This document shows, piece by piece, positions 1 through 12,982 of a DNA stretch of 64,000 bases. The translations under genes and the position numbers were made by a program. The notes beneath the pieces were generated by a model. That model saw only the letters and a list, made by a program, of their open reading frames with translations, was not told where the DNA came from and searched no databases. Each line of letters begins with the position of its first letter. Position 1 is the first letter of the stretch. The stretch covers positions 27,652,001-27,716,000 of the forward strand of contig CM060731.1 of assembly GCA_030704615.1 (NCBI GenBank), given 5' to 3'. The DNA is from Takakia lepidozioides (Eukaryota > Plantae > Bryophyta).

Positions 1-399
1 TTTATAACATTCAAGTTACCATTCCCGTGAAATGCTGGCCATGATGTACCCTTCAGGCTTCAAGAGGGGAGACAGAAAGAGGGTTTGCAAGTATACCAAG
101 ATGAGATCAACAGCTGGAAGAAACTCCACTTGATGTGTGACTAAAATTACAGTCTTCTTTTTTAGGGCTCCCATCACACAATCCTGCAGCAGTCACCCCA
201 GAGACGTCAGAAGTTGACACTTTGATCGAAAGAGAGACATCCTCAATGAAAAGCTGCTTTGTGTCCTCCATGGATTTCCTCAAACGCAAGGAGATCATAA
301 CAGCCGCCATATCAATGACACTCCCCACCAAAGGGCTTTGACCATTAAAAGAGGACAGATTTGAAGTGAGAACAAACGTAATTCAAGTAGAGGATGGAC

Positions 400-3300
400 C
401 TTAAAGAGAGTTGCTGCTGTGTGCGCATCGACAGCACTAAAGGGGTCATCTAGCAAGTAAATGCCAGCATCACTATAAACAGCCCGAGCCAATTGAATTC
501 TCTGCTTTTGTCCCCCACTCATGTTGATACCCCTCTCTCCTATTTCTGTCTGGTCGCCAAATGGGAAGCCATTTATGTCTTGGTCCAAGGCAGAAGCCTT
601 GATGGCAGACTGGTAACGAGCTTTATCCATGGGTAACCCAAAGAGGATGTTCATTTGTATAGTTCCGCCCTGGATCCATGCTGACTGAGCCACATAGGCA
701 ATACTGCCGGACACATTCACCTGCCACAAAAGATAACAAACAACATTTCGTGAGCGTTTTCTAATCATGGTTTCTCACCATATTTACAGTACTGTAAATG
801 AGATTTAAGCAAGAATCACAGGATAAAGAAAAACATGGATAAAAAAGCCACCCCCCAGCTCCCCTGCATGTCTCTCGGGCCTTGCATTGATATCTCCAAG
901 CCTACATTGAGCAAGTCTCTACTAAATCATCTGCTACAAGAGCTTTGACCTAATCAGCACGGTCAACTTTATAGCTCTATGATTGTCCCTCGGTGGACCC
1001 TCTATCTTTGAAGAAGCTGAAGGAACCTATGCAGAAGACTTACAGTTCCTGAAATCTTTGAGATCTCTCCCATGATCGAGTTAAGCAGTGTCGACTTCCC
1101 AGACCCAACTGCCCCACACACTGCCACATGATCACCATGCTTGATTTGCAAATGTATATCGCGAAGAGTGGGTTTGAGTGCTTTTGGGTCCCAGCTCAAA
1201 ACGCCATCTCGAATATCTACTGCATACTCTTCACTGGGCTCTCGGTTCACAGCATCGCTCTCCAGTTCATCATCTCCCAAAAATATCCTCAGCCGTTCGA
1301 GCGACACTTGGACCTGGATAATCATCGCAAGGAGCTCAGGGACAACTCGAATAGGCTCTTGGACTATGCGAAATGCAGCGAGGCTTGTGAATACTACAGC
1401 TGGAGTGAGTTTGTGGCCAAGACTAATATACGCTGCAAAGGTCATGGATGACACCAGTACTGGGGTCATCCAGTATAAAGTTGTCCCAAAAGACCGCCTG
1501 TATAGATATGATGAGAGCCAATGGAACTCATGCTGGCGAAGCTCCGTTAATTTTCCTTTGAAGCTGTTTTCCCAGGCCTGCAGGGCAGTTCATTGTATGT
1601 GAAAGTACGATTGACATTGAAAGTACGATTGAAAGTACAAGTGAATACATTCTGGCCTAGAACAATACAAATTGTTGCCAATGATGCATGGACGCACAAA
1701 AGGGGAGAATGTGTTCAATTTTACAAACAGATGCCATTGCCTTTGCATTTTGCTCCAGCAATACATGATCGTCTGAGTTGGCTGGCAATCTAAGTAAGAA
1801 ACTGCCATAGATGTGCCGCACTTGACGCAAAACACAAAATAAGAAGTTGAGTGGTGGGCGGAGGAAATGTTGAAACAAAATTCCATCGTCGGAGTATACA
1901 AACAATTACCACCCTGAGTCCAGAAGTAAAAAGTTCAAGGCCACAGTACAGAGAGAAAGAAGGAGCAAGAGACTCGAAAACAGTTGAGAGATGGTCAAAG
2001 ATTCTTGTTGGATCTCAAAATTTAGACAATCAGTGAGTCTAAGCTCTGGAGGAAGAGCTTACCTGCAGCTTGATAATCTTCATACTGTTGAGGATTTCAG
2101 TTGATGCACGCAGGCGATCATCCTGGGCTCCCATTAAACGGACCTGTGATTTTTGCAAGGCCCGCGCCAATGGCATGTTGCAAGCAATTGTGATGGCAAT
2201 AATTGCAAGGCCAGCAATGGTAGCCCAGCCAAGGGTATAAAACAGAAGAACTGAAGCTATCACAATTTGAAGGGGAGTTGTCCAGACTTGATGGAGGTAC
2301 CAGGGAAACTCGCCCAACCGATAGGCGTCCACAGCCAAGTAATTGACAATCTCTCCCGCTGCATGCCTTTGCCTCCCCAAGCTTGAGAGCCTGCTTGTTT
2401 GTAGGTGATTCAAGAAGCAGACACATTAGAGGTGTTCACCCGATACATCATACCAGAGAAGACAGACAGGAACTTTCCACCTCTGTTAAAAGCCCATACA
2501 GCTTTTATAAGAGAGAAAGCGTGACTTACCTTGCAAAATACAGAGAGAAATGAAATGAACTGAAATGAAATGGTACTTTGTAACATCCGCGGAAAGCTCA
2601 AAGAGCTTATGGGACAAAATGGGAAAAAAACATGAGAGAGGAAACAAAACCAGAGCCAAAAAACTACGAGAGAGGGCCCCCAACAAGGCTCAAGCAGCCT
2701 AAAAGCAACTATTGCTCAAGGTTTTGTCTAAGAGTCAACACCTCGTGCAGATAAAGAAGGAAAGAAGGAAACTTTATCATTGAAAGGAGTAAGAGAGACC
2801 GAGGTGGACAAATGATTGCAGTCCCTGTTTGGTTTATTGTACAGTAGGTACTGTACCTGAGCTGTTTCTGATATGTTGCTCCAACAATGGCTGAACGAAG
2901 CCGCATTCCAACTATCCGGGAGCCAGCATACCAGTGACGCTGGAAAATAGACTCCAATATTTTACACACAAAGAGGGCCGCAACGAGAGTGTAACCTTCA
3001 TACTTAAATAAAATGTCTCCAGCTTCATAATCAATAAAAAGACGTAGAATTAAGGGCCCGGAAGCTAATACAAGACTCTTTCCAAGGGCAAAAAAGCCAG
3101 TCCTCAAAAGAGATCGCCAATACACGGAAGCAAGGGCCCTGAAGACGGACTGAGTTTTTGCAGGGTCTTTCTTCTTCTGTAATTCCCAGGCCTCCAAAAA
3201 AGCCTCACAAGCTGTCTTTGATTGATTCCTGGCATCGAGGAGGGGAATATCTCTCTGTTGCAAGGGCCGTTGGTAGCCTATCTTAAGTAACGGACCCAGC

Positions 3301-5098
3301 CAGCTGAATGTGATGAAAGAGAAGAGCCCAGCAGTTGCAGATGGTGTCTCTGTGGTGTCCTTCGACACAGGAGCCAGAGAAGTCAACAGAGGCTCCGACA
3401 GACTGCTTGGTTCAAGAGCTACCCATCTCTCCCCCCTTACTGCGCATGCCAAGAGTAGACAGGAGACCGGCCAGGAGGCTATGACAATATAGACTTCCAC
3501 AGATATCTCAGTTGTGCCTCGGATGAGATCTAGGAGGGACAGAAGCAAGGTGAGACTTGCAAGCAAGAATGTGAGTATCCACCAGATGTATGCAACCTGC
3601 TTAGTCGGATTGCGTAGCCGGATCCTCAAAGAAATTGCTATAGTAATCCATGCCACCCCTTGCACCAACAGATGCAGCCACTCGTGTGCAGGACTGATAC
3701 TTCCCGTGACAAGCACATAGATGGCAGCTCCCACATTTCCCAACCCTGTAATCCCAGAGAGTAAAGCGGTAACATTATATAGAATTGACCCAACTTCAAA
3801 CGTCTGCAGAAGCTCAGTGCCTGTTAAGGCCCCTGGTGGAATGCTGTTGGACACAGCCAGGAAGAGAAAGAATGCCAGGAGGAGGAGGATCTGGGCGAGA
3901 CAGACAATGGCATCCCGGATACATGTTGTGAGTGGGCCTGTAGTCAGCCAAAGGCTGTTCCCCACCAATTGTATGAAAGGGATGCAGGGGGAGTCCCCAA
4001 GGCAAGCTTGCTTTCCCGCCGATGATACGCTCCCATCACAGAACCACGACCATGGACCTACACATACAAGCGTCCAAAGGTTTAACAATTGTATCAATGA
4101 TGGGAGTGTTCATTCAAACTAACCAAAACCCTTCATGAGGTCTTCGCTTTTCAAACTCTCTCAAGGTTCGAGCCTCTCCTACTGAACACTAGAGATACAA
4201 TGCCAGGTGGAATGAGTATTCTCATGAACGCGCTTGAGAGAGGCGAGTTTTGCTCGTCAGGGCAATAGGTCGTTCCATATGAATGACTCGGTAGTACTTA
4301 CCAGAAAAGAAAGGGGAGAGCAAAGGGTGGATGTCAGGCACCTGCAGCCACCTGGCGTGCGGCCATAGCCCAAGACATTGAAGTAGACTCCGTCATGCGC
4401 TGAGACGCGCTGGGCAATCTGTCAATCACAAGCGGTCAATCTGTGATCATCTGTCAATCCAGAGACAGTACCCAGTTTAGTAAGAGAGGACAGGCGAGTC
4501 ATAAACAAGGGAAGATCTTCCCAAGGTTGTTCTCTTAAGAATTTTAACATTGCACGGGAGGTCCTGGCTAGTCAATGAAGCCATCCTAGCTGGGTGGCAA
4601 TCTCAGTATGGAACTGCCATAGCTTTCTCGCAGATCGCACTGTATTGGCTTTGCGGCTGGTTTCAAGCTCACCTAATTCCTCGGGCTGCAACCGTGCTGT
4701 ATTTCTTTGAGCATCGCGGCATTCACAGAGGACCATGAGAAAGAATTGATATCAGAGGTTATTCATTACAATTTTAATACACCCACCGATAACCCACAAG
4801 GTAGATCTTTTACCGCACCAAAAGACTCCCTAGAGCTCTCCTCTAAATCATCCAATGAGTTCAAACCGATCACGAATTCCCTCGTTAGAACCTCAGCTCG
4901 TGCCAGAAGAATGAGTTACACTGCGAATTGAGCGAAGATCCCGGATAGAGAAAGTTTTTTCGTTTGTTAAACCCACGACTCTTTCACTGACCTACACTTC
5001 GTCTCTGTACAGAACGAGGTGAGAACATCTTGGTGTGCACTGCTGGCTAGATAGTGCATTTGAAGACACGAAAAGTTCTTACCTCCAATTACTCGCAT
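400..5098 (-). CDS. ABCC: ABC transporter C family (MRP/ABCC), 5' part; continues beyond the left edge. Exons: 5098-5083 (putative, MRVIG), 4057-2857, 2390-2063, 1577-1044, 720-400
   Basis: TMD0/TMD1 helices, [13 protein letters not shown], Walker A GAVGSGKS, signature [23 protein letters not shown] and Walker [18 protein letters not shown] junctions keep the frame. The first micro-exon is inferred from a phase match (GGA G|GT CCA TGG). Confidence 0.93.
2545..2706 (-). repeat. Dispersed retroposon 3'-end family: AAGCTC-TTT-GAGCTT hairpin followed by a (CATTT)n tail
   Basis: Related copies at ~24010-24050 (-, partial), 27790-27905, 28985-29050, 29210-29330, 30300-30405 and 62925-63130 (+). 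Confidence 0.75.
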
Positions 5099-5554
5099 GC
5101 TCCAGCCTCAAAACTTGAACCAGGATTCTGGTGGCACTCCTGCAAAGTTTCTCCCCCTTTCTAGACCAGACACAACCGTTCTCTAGGGACTACAAAGATT
5201 CAAAACTCGGTAGTAGATTATTTGCTGGCTTGCGGTGGATTCAAACTCTACCTCTTCATTCTCTCTAGAACAAGATTACAGCTCTCTCTCTCTCTCTCAC
5301 TCTGCATTTTCAGGGCATTTGCTCTATTTAAAACTATGATATCTCACAAGCAACGAGAAACAGCTTACCTTTGTGACTCATCAAGTCAAGTCTGCAAATG
5401 CTTTGTACATGCAGTAACCTTCTGAAGCGCTATATCTCCAAAACCAACTCCTCGCTGTAAAGTGTCAGTCTACTGGGCTCCTAAACCTGGGCAGCTTCTT
5501 TCCAAGTCGGAGAGCGAGCAGACGCCAAGCGATGACTGGGCTGCTGCTCCAATC

Positions 5555-5568
5555 CCCTTTATATATTG
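5555..5568 (-). promoter_or_regulatory. Candidate TATA box (TATATAAA on - strand) of the ABCC gene
   Basis: Lies upstream of a putative 5'UTR exon ending at donor AG|GTAAGC (~5369), with an acceptor at ~5140. Confidence 0.4.
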
Positions 5569-6046
5569 CACTTTCACAGTACGTGTACCTCCCTGTCCCA
5601 CCTGTCCCATCCCTGCACCCTCCCTCCTTCCTTGTCCTCTTGCCTCCGACTCCTTCTCCCATTCACCCTCCCTTAGTCCACACCGGACACTTCAACATTC
5701 CGATGGCTAAACCCCTCGCCACATTCTCGCTAAACTCTTCCTTAATGTTGGCAGCACACATTGTGCACGTGACTTGACATCATTGCCTCCATTTGCACTC
5801 CTGTCGGGCCTCTGCCCCTCTCCCCTCCCGACTCCCTCTCTCTCTAGAGTCTAGACTCTCCCTGTCTCTCCCTCTGTCTCCCAGTGCAAAGCTGGATTAA
5901 AACATGGAGCCATCAAGGCCCCCTGCCACGAGCACGTGTGGAAGTGCCCATAAATTGTAATGATACTACTCATCATGGATACACAACGTGATAATGACTC
6001 ACCGTCTCTCACTGAATGACAATCTAAGTTGTTATTCTTTCAAATG

Positions 6047-6350
6047 ATATATATATATATATGTATTGTCTTAAAGAACAGGGGACGGAGGCCCTGGATA
6101 AAAAAATTCTTAAAGGAAGGGAATCACACCTGGGAGCGACAGCTCACAAATCAGGCACTCCAAGTTCCACTGTAAGCTCGCCGTGAAGGCGAGCTTTTGG
6201 GGCGGGGGGAGAAGAACATACTTATAATTACATACATACCACATAACCCGAGAATGGAGCAGGATTCGACCCAGAATCATCTGGGTGGCACTCAGTGCAC
6301 TATCCAACTGAGCTACTGACTTGAGCTACAGTTGAACTGAGCTACTGATG
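6047..6350 (-). mobile_element. tRNA-derived SINE
   Basis: A box TAGCTCAGTTGG and B box GGTCGAATCC, an internal 9-bp hairpin (6174-6196), a 3' motif resembling the L1 3' end, then (TA)n. A homologous head occurs at 12690. Confidence 0.75.
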
Positions 6351-7572
6351 ACTGGTCGTCGTATCTTGTATCTTCCCCTTTTCAGTCCATATCAAAGAAT
6401 CATCATGTAGGTCATCAATATAGAGGGAAATTCGACACTTCTTTTTATATAAATGTAGTCTAACTTCATAAAGTGCTCCGAAACACTCGCCGGGTGCTTG
6501 GCACTTGCCGTTGAATTTGTCTTTGGACTGCCGGAAACAGAACCTCCAAAGCACTCACATATGTTTCCCCACTCCTCCTCGGCTAAACCTTGAGTTTGAG
6601 TTTAGGCAGGGAGAGCGACCTGGCCTTCTGAAGTTCTGCCTGCCTGGCTGGCCTGCAGCAGCAAGCTAGCCTAGGATGGGGCCCGCTCTGCCACGCCATC
6701 GCTGCTCGCTGTGCACGCTGCAACCCAATGCAACACGGCACTTGCCCTCAACCGTCCAATTTTACTCGGACTGTAAATAACTGCTTCTCTTGAGCACAAC
6801 ACTCTCATCAGTCGCTGGATACGCGCTCTGTCCCCTTCCTGAATTCCACCAAAGTAAACTTGTTACCTTGTCACTGTGTTAAGTTACCCTCACACTGTCG
6901 TCTGAGGGTGGTGAGAGCCCAATCTGATGCGCTCGCAGATCCCTGACAGTACCTTGCCTAATTTGGTGTACAAACGAGCTGGACCTCCAGTTGTCCGCCA
7001 GCGTGTGGCCCTCGTGCACCAGGATATCAACTGCGTAACTAACCCCTACAAATTCCCTTTTTTACTTGGTTACCTTCTCAGACGGGAAGTTTCAGGAACC
7101 TTACGCCAGGCCCTAGGGCCTTACAATATTCGAAAGGTGACAATTGGGGGGGTGTGCCCATGAGGGACACGTGGGTTTTTACTTGTGTTGAGGGCAGCTG
7201 ATGAGGCCCTTCCACGGTCTTGGAGTCACAAGCTTAAATTATTTGCTTGATCATCCGCGTCCGTTCCCCTTGTTTTTCAAATTGATACGTGTACCCCAAG
7301 CACAAGATTTTGATCTGCTTGGGGTGCGTACCACCTGGGGTACATATCCGGAAACCAGAGCAGCGACCGTCCTACCCTACCCTTTGACACGTGTGATAAG
7401 GGAGTGCAAAGGTACGGAGAAATGAGAATCTGTCGGGTATACTGACCTTTTGGCTCCGTCAAACCGCGGAAAGCCTGTGCGAGGAGGGCACTCAAAGAGT
7501 GATGACTCAGCCCATGTCGGCAGCAGTGTGAAAGTTGGTGCGTATCGCGGCTGTTGAGTAATAATTATTAAC

Positions 7573-7776
7573 GGAGTTTAGCAACGTGGGAGGCTTGTGG
7601 GTGACTGGGCGGCTGTCAAATCCCCACAGTATCCGCATGCGGGCAAGGGAGAGCAGGAGTAGATGGCGGAGAGGGCAGCGCTGGTCTGTTCAAGGGGGGT
7701 GGATTTGACAGCGGATCCACCACGTATATCTGGCCACACCAGTAACAGTAAGGCTCCCGTGCACGCCATAAACTCC
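7573..7776. mobile_element. MITE, Tc1/mariner-like, copy 1
   Basis: Termini GGAGTTTA...TAAACTCC and internal inverted CTGTCAAATCC/GGATTTGACAG. Same family as 8484-8847. Confidence 0.6.
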
Positions 7777-7819
7777 TATCAAATGTATTAGCGCCCCCCC
7801 ACATCTTAAATCACATTAG

Positions 7820-7885
7820 TTTTTCCTTACTTTAAATAAATTTTTACAGGGCTACAATCCCCTTGTTCTCTTTATTTATTTATTT
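7820..7885 (+). repeat. Short 3'-terminal fragment of the L1 family
   Basis: AATAAA-TTTTTACAGGGCTACAATCCCCTTGTT matches 61302-61335. Another copy lies on the - strand at ~8140-8205. Confidence 0.6.
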
Positions 7886-8483
7886 AAACAATTGCAGAAA
7901 GTCCTAGGTGCAGGACTTTACCTCACGTAAAACAGTCAAAATATTTTTTGAACCGTCAATGTCTTTCTGGACGGTTCAGATCTGATTATGGCGATAAGCC
8001 CATGGGCTTCACCCGGTAACCACGAAGGCAACACCTAGGGAAATTACGAAATTCAAGGCCCTCCGAAAATACACTGGAAAAATATTTGGAGGTTTTTACA
8101 TCCAGTGTAATCCATTTGGTACATGCCTTTATTCTGAATATTGTTTTCTTTTTTTCCTTTTTATTTTAAAGAATAGGGGGATTGGAGCCCTGATTAACTT
8201 TATTATAATGTGTATTATTTCTTCTTCATGTCTCATCCTTTCAAACAATATATATATATGTTAGGAGCCTGACTTCGCTTACATGGATCCGTTAAAACGT
8301 GCCACCTGTTATACAATCACTTTTTCTAACCTGCCACCTCGATTTTCTCGCCACATGGGTGCTGGGCCCAATTTACATGTGGCCCCTGTGGCGATTCTGG
8401 AAAATGAAAAAAATGAAAAAAACATTGTATGTAGAATGCCATAAATATCAGCTACCTAGTACGGCGTATACATCAGGTAAGTA

Positions 8484-8847
8484 GGAGTTTAAGTGGCTCG
8501 TGGGGATTACCCTTACGAGTCGCCAAGGGTGGCCGGGCATTCTGTCAAATCCCCACCCATTGCTCTGCGGCCCTCCCAGGCCGCGGGAGGGGAGGAGGGA
8601 TCCATTGCACGTTTCAATCATGTATGTAACCAACTTTGATAATTGTTGTTAATTAGAGCCCAGTGCAGGCAGTGGGGATGAACAGTAGAGCACGTTGCTC
8701 ACATTCACTGCACCCGTCCGCGCAGCAGACTTCAGTCTATTAAAAGCGTGCTCCTTTAGGGCAGGTGGTGGGGATTTGACAGTGGGCCCACCCAACGTCT
8801 CCCCTCGTGCCACCCGTGTGGACTATCCCTCGTGCCAACAAAACTCC
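8484..8847. mobile_element. MITE, Tc1/mariner (Stowaway)-like, copy 2
   Basis: TA|GGAGTTT...AAACTCC|TA gives a TA TSD; long imperfect subterminal inverted repeats. Confidence 0.7.
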
Positions 8848-9086
8848 TATTGCCACCGACCTAATTACGTGAATGGACCTCGTGCACCTAGACGCGCGCT
8901 CACATAGGCAGGTAGGTACCATATTCATACCTGCCTAGCCTAGCCTTTGGCGAGCACGAGGAACGTGGCAGAGGCTCGAGGATTGAGAGGCCTGCCTCTG
9001 TCACACAGCGATGTCATCGTTGCTCCACGACCATGCTGACATGGCTCGAAATCCGACCAAACATTACTACAGTAAAAGCTTCAAAC

Positions 9087-9573
9087 CAGTGTTGTTCTGG
9101 TATCAGGTTCAGGACATACCAGGCTGGTCCTGGTACCAGACGTTATACCAGTCTGGTCTATATAATGGTGGATGTATTTTTTTTCCAGATACTGGTGTGA
9201 GATACTGGTGTGAGTATGAGTATCACAACGACAACAGTCAGCTGGTACGAGATAACAATTCTGGTATCATTCCAAAGCCAACAAGTTTATCACATAGCAA
9301 GTGAAAACAAATACAATATAGATGAAGAAATTAATAGACATACGTACAAGTATGTAGGCATAAATTAGTATAGTACATATACCAGAGTAAATGAGGAAGA
9401 CGGCGGGGGAGTACTGGTATTGTGGCTGGTATGAAAAAACTGATACCAGCCTGGTCTGGTATATGACCAAGTATTCTCCCCAATGATACCAGATGGTCTG
9501 GTATCTGGTACCAGTGCACATATCAGTACTTTATATACCAGTCCTTCACCTATATACCAGACCAACTGCACTG
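9087..9573. mobile_element. Non-autonomous hAT-like element rich in ATACCAG/CTGGTAT motifs
   Basis: Starts CAGTGTTG and is homologous to ~50670-51150. The right TIR is degenerate and no clear TSD is visible. Confidence 0.6.
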
Positions 9574-10281
9574 TATGCACCGTGCACCAGTGACTGGTAC
9601 AGAAACAAGAACAAAAAACAAAAACAAAAAAAGTTATATTCATGAAATTCGTTTGTTTTAACAATCGTACTTGCTCAAATGCTAAAATGCTCCATTGTTT
9701 GAATGTGGGAACAAAATATGTCAACCACTATCTAGTGCCTTGTACTAAAATGGAGATGAATTGTGTGTCTACAACAAAACCGTTATGAGCAGGTGGAAAT
9801 TGACAGCGTCCTATGACTAACTGCTCAGGTGCAGGGCCCAAATCTAACTACTAGTCTGGAGTGTTATAGTTTTGTGGCCGGGCAGTCTTGGGATGGTGAC
9901 CCATGTTTCCTTCGTGGCTTACATATGAAAGGGGGTTAGTTTTTACGTTTTTACCCTCCTCTGTAAACGGTCCTGAATTGTGAGCTCTCCATCTTGGAAA
10001 ACAAAAGGAAGTAGCAAATGGTGAAGGGCTCTATGGATTGGAAGCAACGTGAGGTGTGGTTACTGCTATAAATAGTGTTAACGTCTTAACTAGATCTTAT
10101 GCTACTTTACTGTGCACAAATTATAATTAATCAGTTTGTAGCATGTCAATACTTTCTAATTGACATGTCTCGACTCTCAACACACCCACAGGAATGTTTT
10201 GGAAGCAATAATAGTGTTGACACGTGTAAAGACAGTTGACCATATTTGGCCAATGACTTCAGTATGATGCATCCTTAGTAA

Positions 10282-10735
10282 GAGCATCCCCACCCTTCTC
10301 ACTGAAATGGCCCCTCTATGCCTATTTTTGGAGGGTTTGGTTCAGGACTATGGAAAGGTGTGTGAAGGGTTTTGCCCCTCCTAACGCCCCATACCCTATG
10401 TTCCCAGAGTTCCCAATGATGTTCTCAAGGCCCTTTATCATGTTCCCCACCTACTTCTTGCCTTCGTCATCCCCTTGTCGCAGCTCTTGTCTTCGGCTGG
10501 AAGGGAAGGCAGAGGCTGGGGAGCACGCTCCGACATGTCCATGGTCCGGACGACTCGGTTCAGGGACGACTACAGGGACTGAATATCGTGCACGGATTCA
10601 CTGAAAGAGAGGCGGTTCAGTGCCAGCCCGTATATGGTAGCGGGGCAAGGGTGTGATACGTTTGGCGACGATTTTGAACCTGTATACAAGAAGTACGGGT
10701 GCATGGGTCCATAGAGGCGTAGAGTGGGGATGCTC
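10282..10735. mobile_element. PIF/Harbinger (Tourist-like) MITE
   Basis: TAA|GAGCATCCCCAC...GTGGGGATGCTC|TAA: 12-bp TIR and 3-bp TAA TSD. Confidence 0.85.
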
Positions 10736-11372
10736 TAAGGGACAGAGTCAATAATGTATGAACTTAATAAACATAAGATGGTACTTCGGCCGGAACTATA
10801 ACGTAGGCTCCTCGTGCGTTGCCATCCCCTTTTGCCTTGGATTCACTATTAAATATTTTAAAATGTAGATGGTTGTCATTTAGTGTGGAGTCGTGTCAGT
10901 AAGGTGTTGGTGACGGAGGTACAAGATTTGAAGCTTGACCCTTGATTGGGTGAGCTTTGTGTCACCTTCTATGTCATCCCATTGTTAGCTTCCTCCTAGT
11001 GCATTTTATACTTGGTCAAATTTCATGGCACCAAGTGGGATTAATTGGAGTGATACTTTTCCATGTCACTTCAAATGATGGTGTCACTTCGGATGATGTC
11101 ACCCCAATTTTGCGGCACCCCAACCTGTGTCACTCTCAAGAGGGGGTGGGGAAAATTGGACATGCCATAAACATACGGTGTTGTTAGAGATTGTATGCAT
11201 GTGCATTTTTATTTTATTTTTATGTGCATTAAGTTCTCAATTATTCTTATTGTTCTCACGTTTCTTTCTTCAAAATACCTTTTTGATATACATATACGTT
11301 GTTGAGTGATGCCTCATGGCAGGGTTACTATGAAAGCGGGCATTATGATATTAGCATGTAGGACTCTGACAA

Positions 11373-12063
11373 TCTGATATATATGAAGGAAGCCAGTTTG
11401 TTTGTTTTGTTTTGTTTTGTCACGTTGAGATGTCCCAAACCCTAAGGCCCCAACGCTGGTCCTTGGTACCGTTAGAAAGCCCTCGACGAGAAGGGGTGCA
11501 TGGGCTTGGTCTCATAATTTTTGTACCTGCGGTGTGGGAGATGTGGAATTTCAAGTACTTTTGGTCGCCGGAAATTCACCAAAAAAGCAAAGTGGGCATT
11601 CTTGGGACAATGGTTGGAGCCTCGACAGGAGAGATATCAAAGAAAAGGTCTCTGGTTCAAATCTGGTTGTAGGCTATGTGGGAACATAATGATTAGATTT
11701 AGATGACTTAGATGACATTGAACACTTGGGCCAACGGGACATGCTACCCTAGAGGTCGCATTTGGGCCTCGACATAGGAGATGCACTTAGATAAATAGGC
11801 GATTGCACTTGGACTTAGATTTTAATTCTTTGCACATGGGCCAAAGGTACATGCTATCCTAGAGGTTGCACTTGGGCCTCAACATAGGAAACGCACTAGG
11901 ATACATAGAAGATCTTACACCTGGACTTAGATGAAACTTGACACATGCTACCCTAGAGGTCACATTTGGGCCTCGACATAGGAGACGCATTTGGATAACG
12001 AGAGGATTGCGCTTGGACTTAGATGACATTGGACACTTGGGCCAACGGCACAGGCTACCCTAG
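11373..12063 (+). mobile_element. Non-autonomous Helitron-like element with tandemly reiterated 3' end
   Basis: A|TC...CTAG|T termini with no TSD. The ~200-bp body is also found at 52330-52533. About 100-bp tandem units span 11706-12063. Confidence 0.7.
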
Positions 12064-12687
12064 TCTGACCTCAAATACCCATATATTCTCGAGAGATTGG
12101 CTATGGCCACGACAACATGATCCTCCACATGGGAAGAACACAAAGAGTATGAATTATGAAGGGAGAAAGGAATGGAATCCACAAAGCCAAAATCAGGTGG
12201 TTCATGATATTTACCCATCCTTTGTGCCATCGCTTTCAGCCTACTAGAAGTACCGGAAGAAGCACAAAAGTCGGGCCACAGTGTCTCGAAGCACAACGTT
12301 CACTTTGCTGGAGAAGCCACTGTAATCACCTTCAGCCTTGCGTTCAACCCAGCCCCAGCAACTCAACAGCTTATCCCTGCCACATGTACCTAAAGTTGGC
12401 AGACTGTGGGCAAGACAACACACTTAGGGTATTTTAGGCTAATAAGCAAGTAATCCTCGTTCAGAGTCCCAACCAATTTAGCATCCTGCTCATCGCTAGC
12501 ACCAATATCCATTGCCCATGTTGCAATGACATGGTTTTTTTGGAAAGATGTGCAGGTGCAGGGGGAGGCGCCTTGAGGAGCACCATTACACCCAAAGTTT
12601 GATAGCCGTCAAGCACAATGAAGCCCATTACCCCACACTCTCACCACCTTCATCCCCTCTCAAATGAACATATTCATTATAGAACCA

Positions 12688-12845
12688 CCGGTTGGTAGCT
12701 CAGTTGGATGGAGCATTGAGTGCCATGTCCCAGGTGATTCTGGGTTCAAATCCTGCTCCCTTGGCGGGTGTGATGTAATCTTGTAATCTTCTCCCCCATG
12801 AACCAGCATTTAGCCGAGACTGATGGTTTAGGGGGAGAATAATGT
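12688..12845 (+). mobile_element. tRNA-derived SINE, second copy
   Basis: GGTAGCTCAGTTGG...GGTTCAAATCC, similar to the head at 6255-6320 (-). Confidence 0.7.
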
Positions 12846-12848
12846 ACT

Positions 12849-12982
12849 ATGGAACGGTCAAGGCCGGGCCATTCTGCCCCCTGAGCTACCTATCCTTGAA
12901 TTTTGGCAAGGCTGGGAGGCCAAGACAAAATTTCAGGCTGGGCAATGAAGGGGGCAGAATGGCCCGGCCCTAACCGTTCCAT
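12849..12982. mobile_element. Small foldback/MITE element with ~34-bp TIRs
   Basis: ATGGAACGGTCAAGGCCGGGCCATTCTGCCCCCT versus the reverse complement of 12949-12982 (2 mismatches). TSD unclear. Confidence 0.7.

Noticed and set aside
107-331. 74-aa ORF as the next ABCC exon
   Set aside because: It lacks the expected KTVILVTHQ H-loop segment, so it is treated as intron.
12688-12765. tRNA gene
   Set aside because: It has A and B boxes but no convincing acceptor or anticodon stems. A diverged second copy exists at 6255-6320, so it is better explained as a SINE head.
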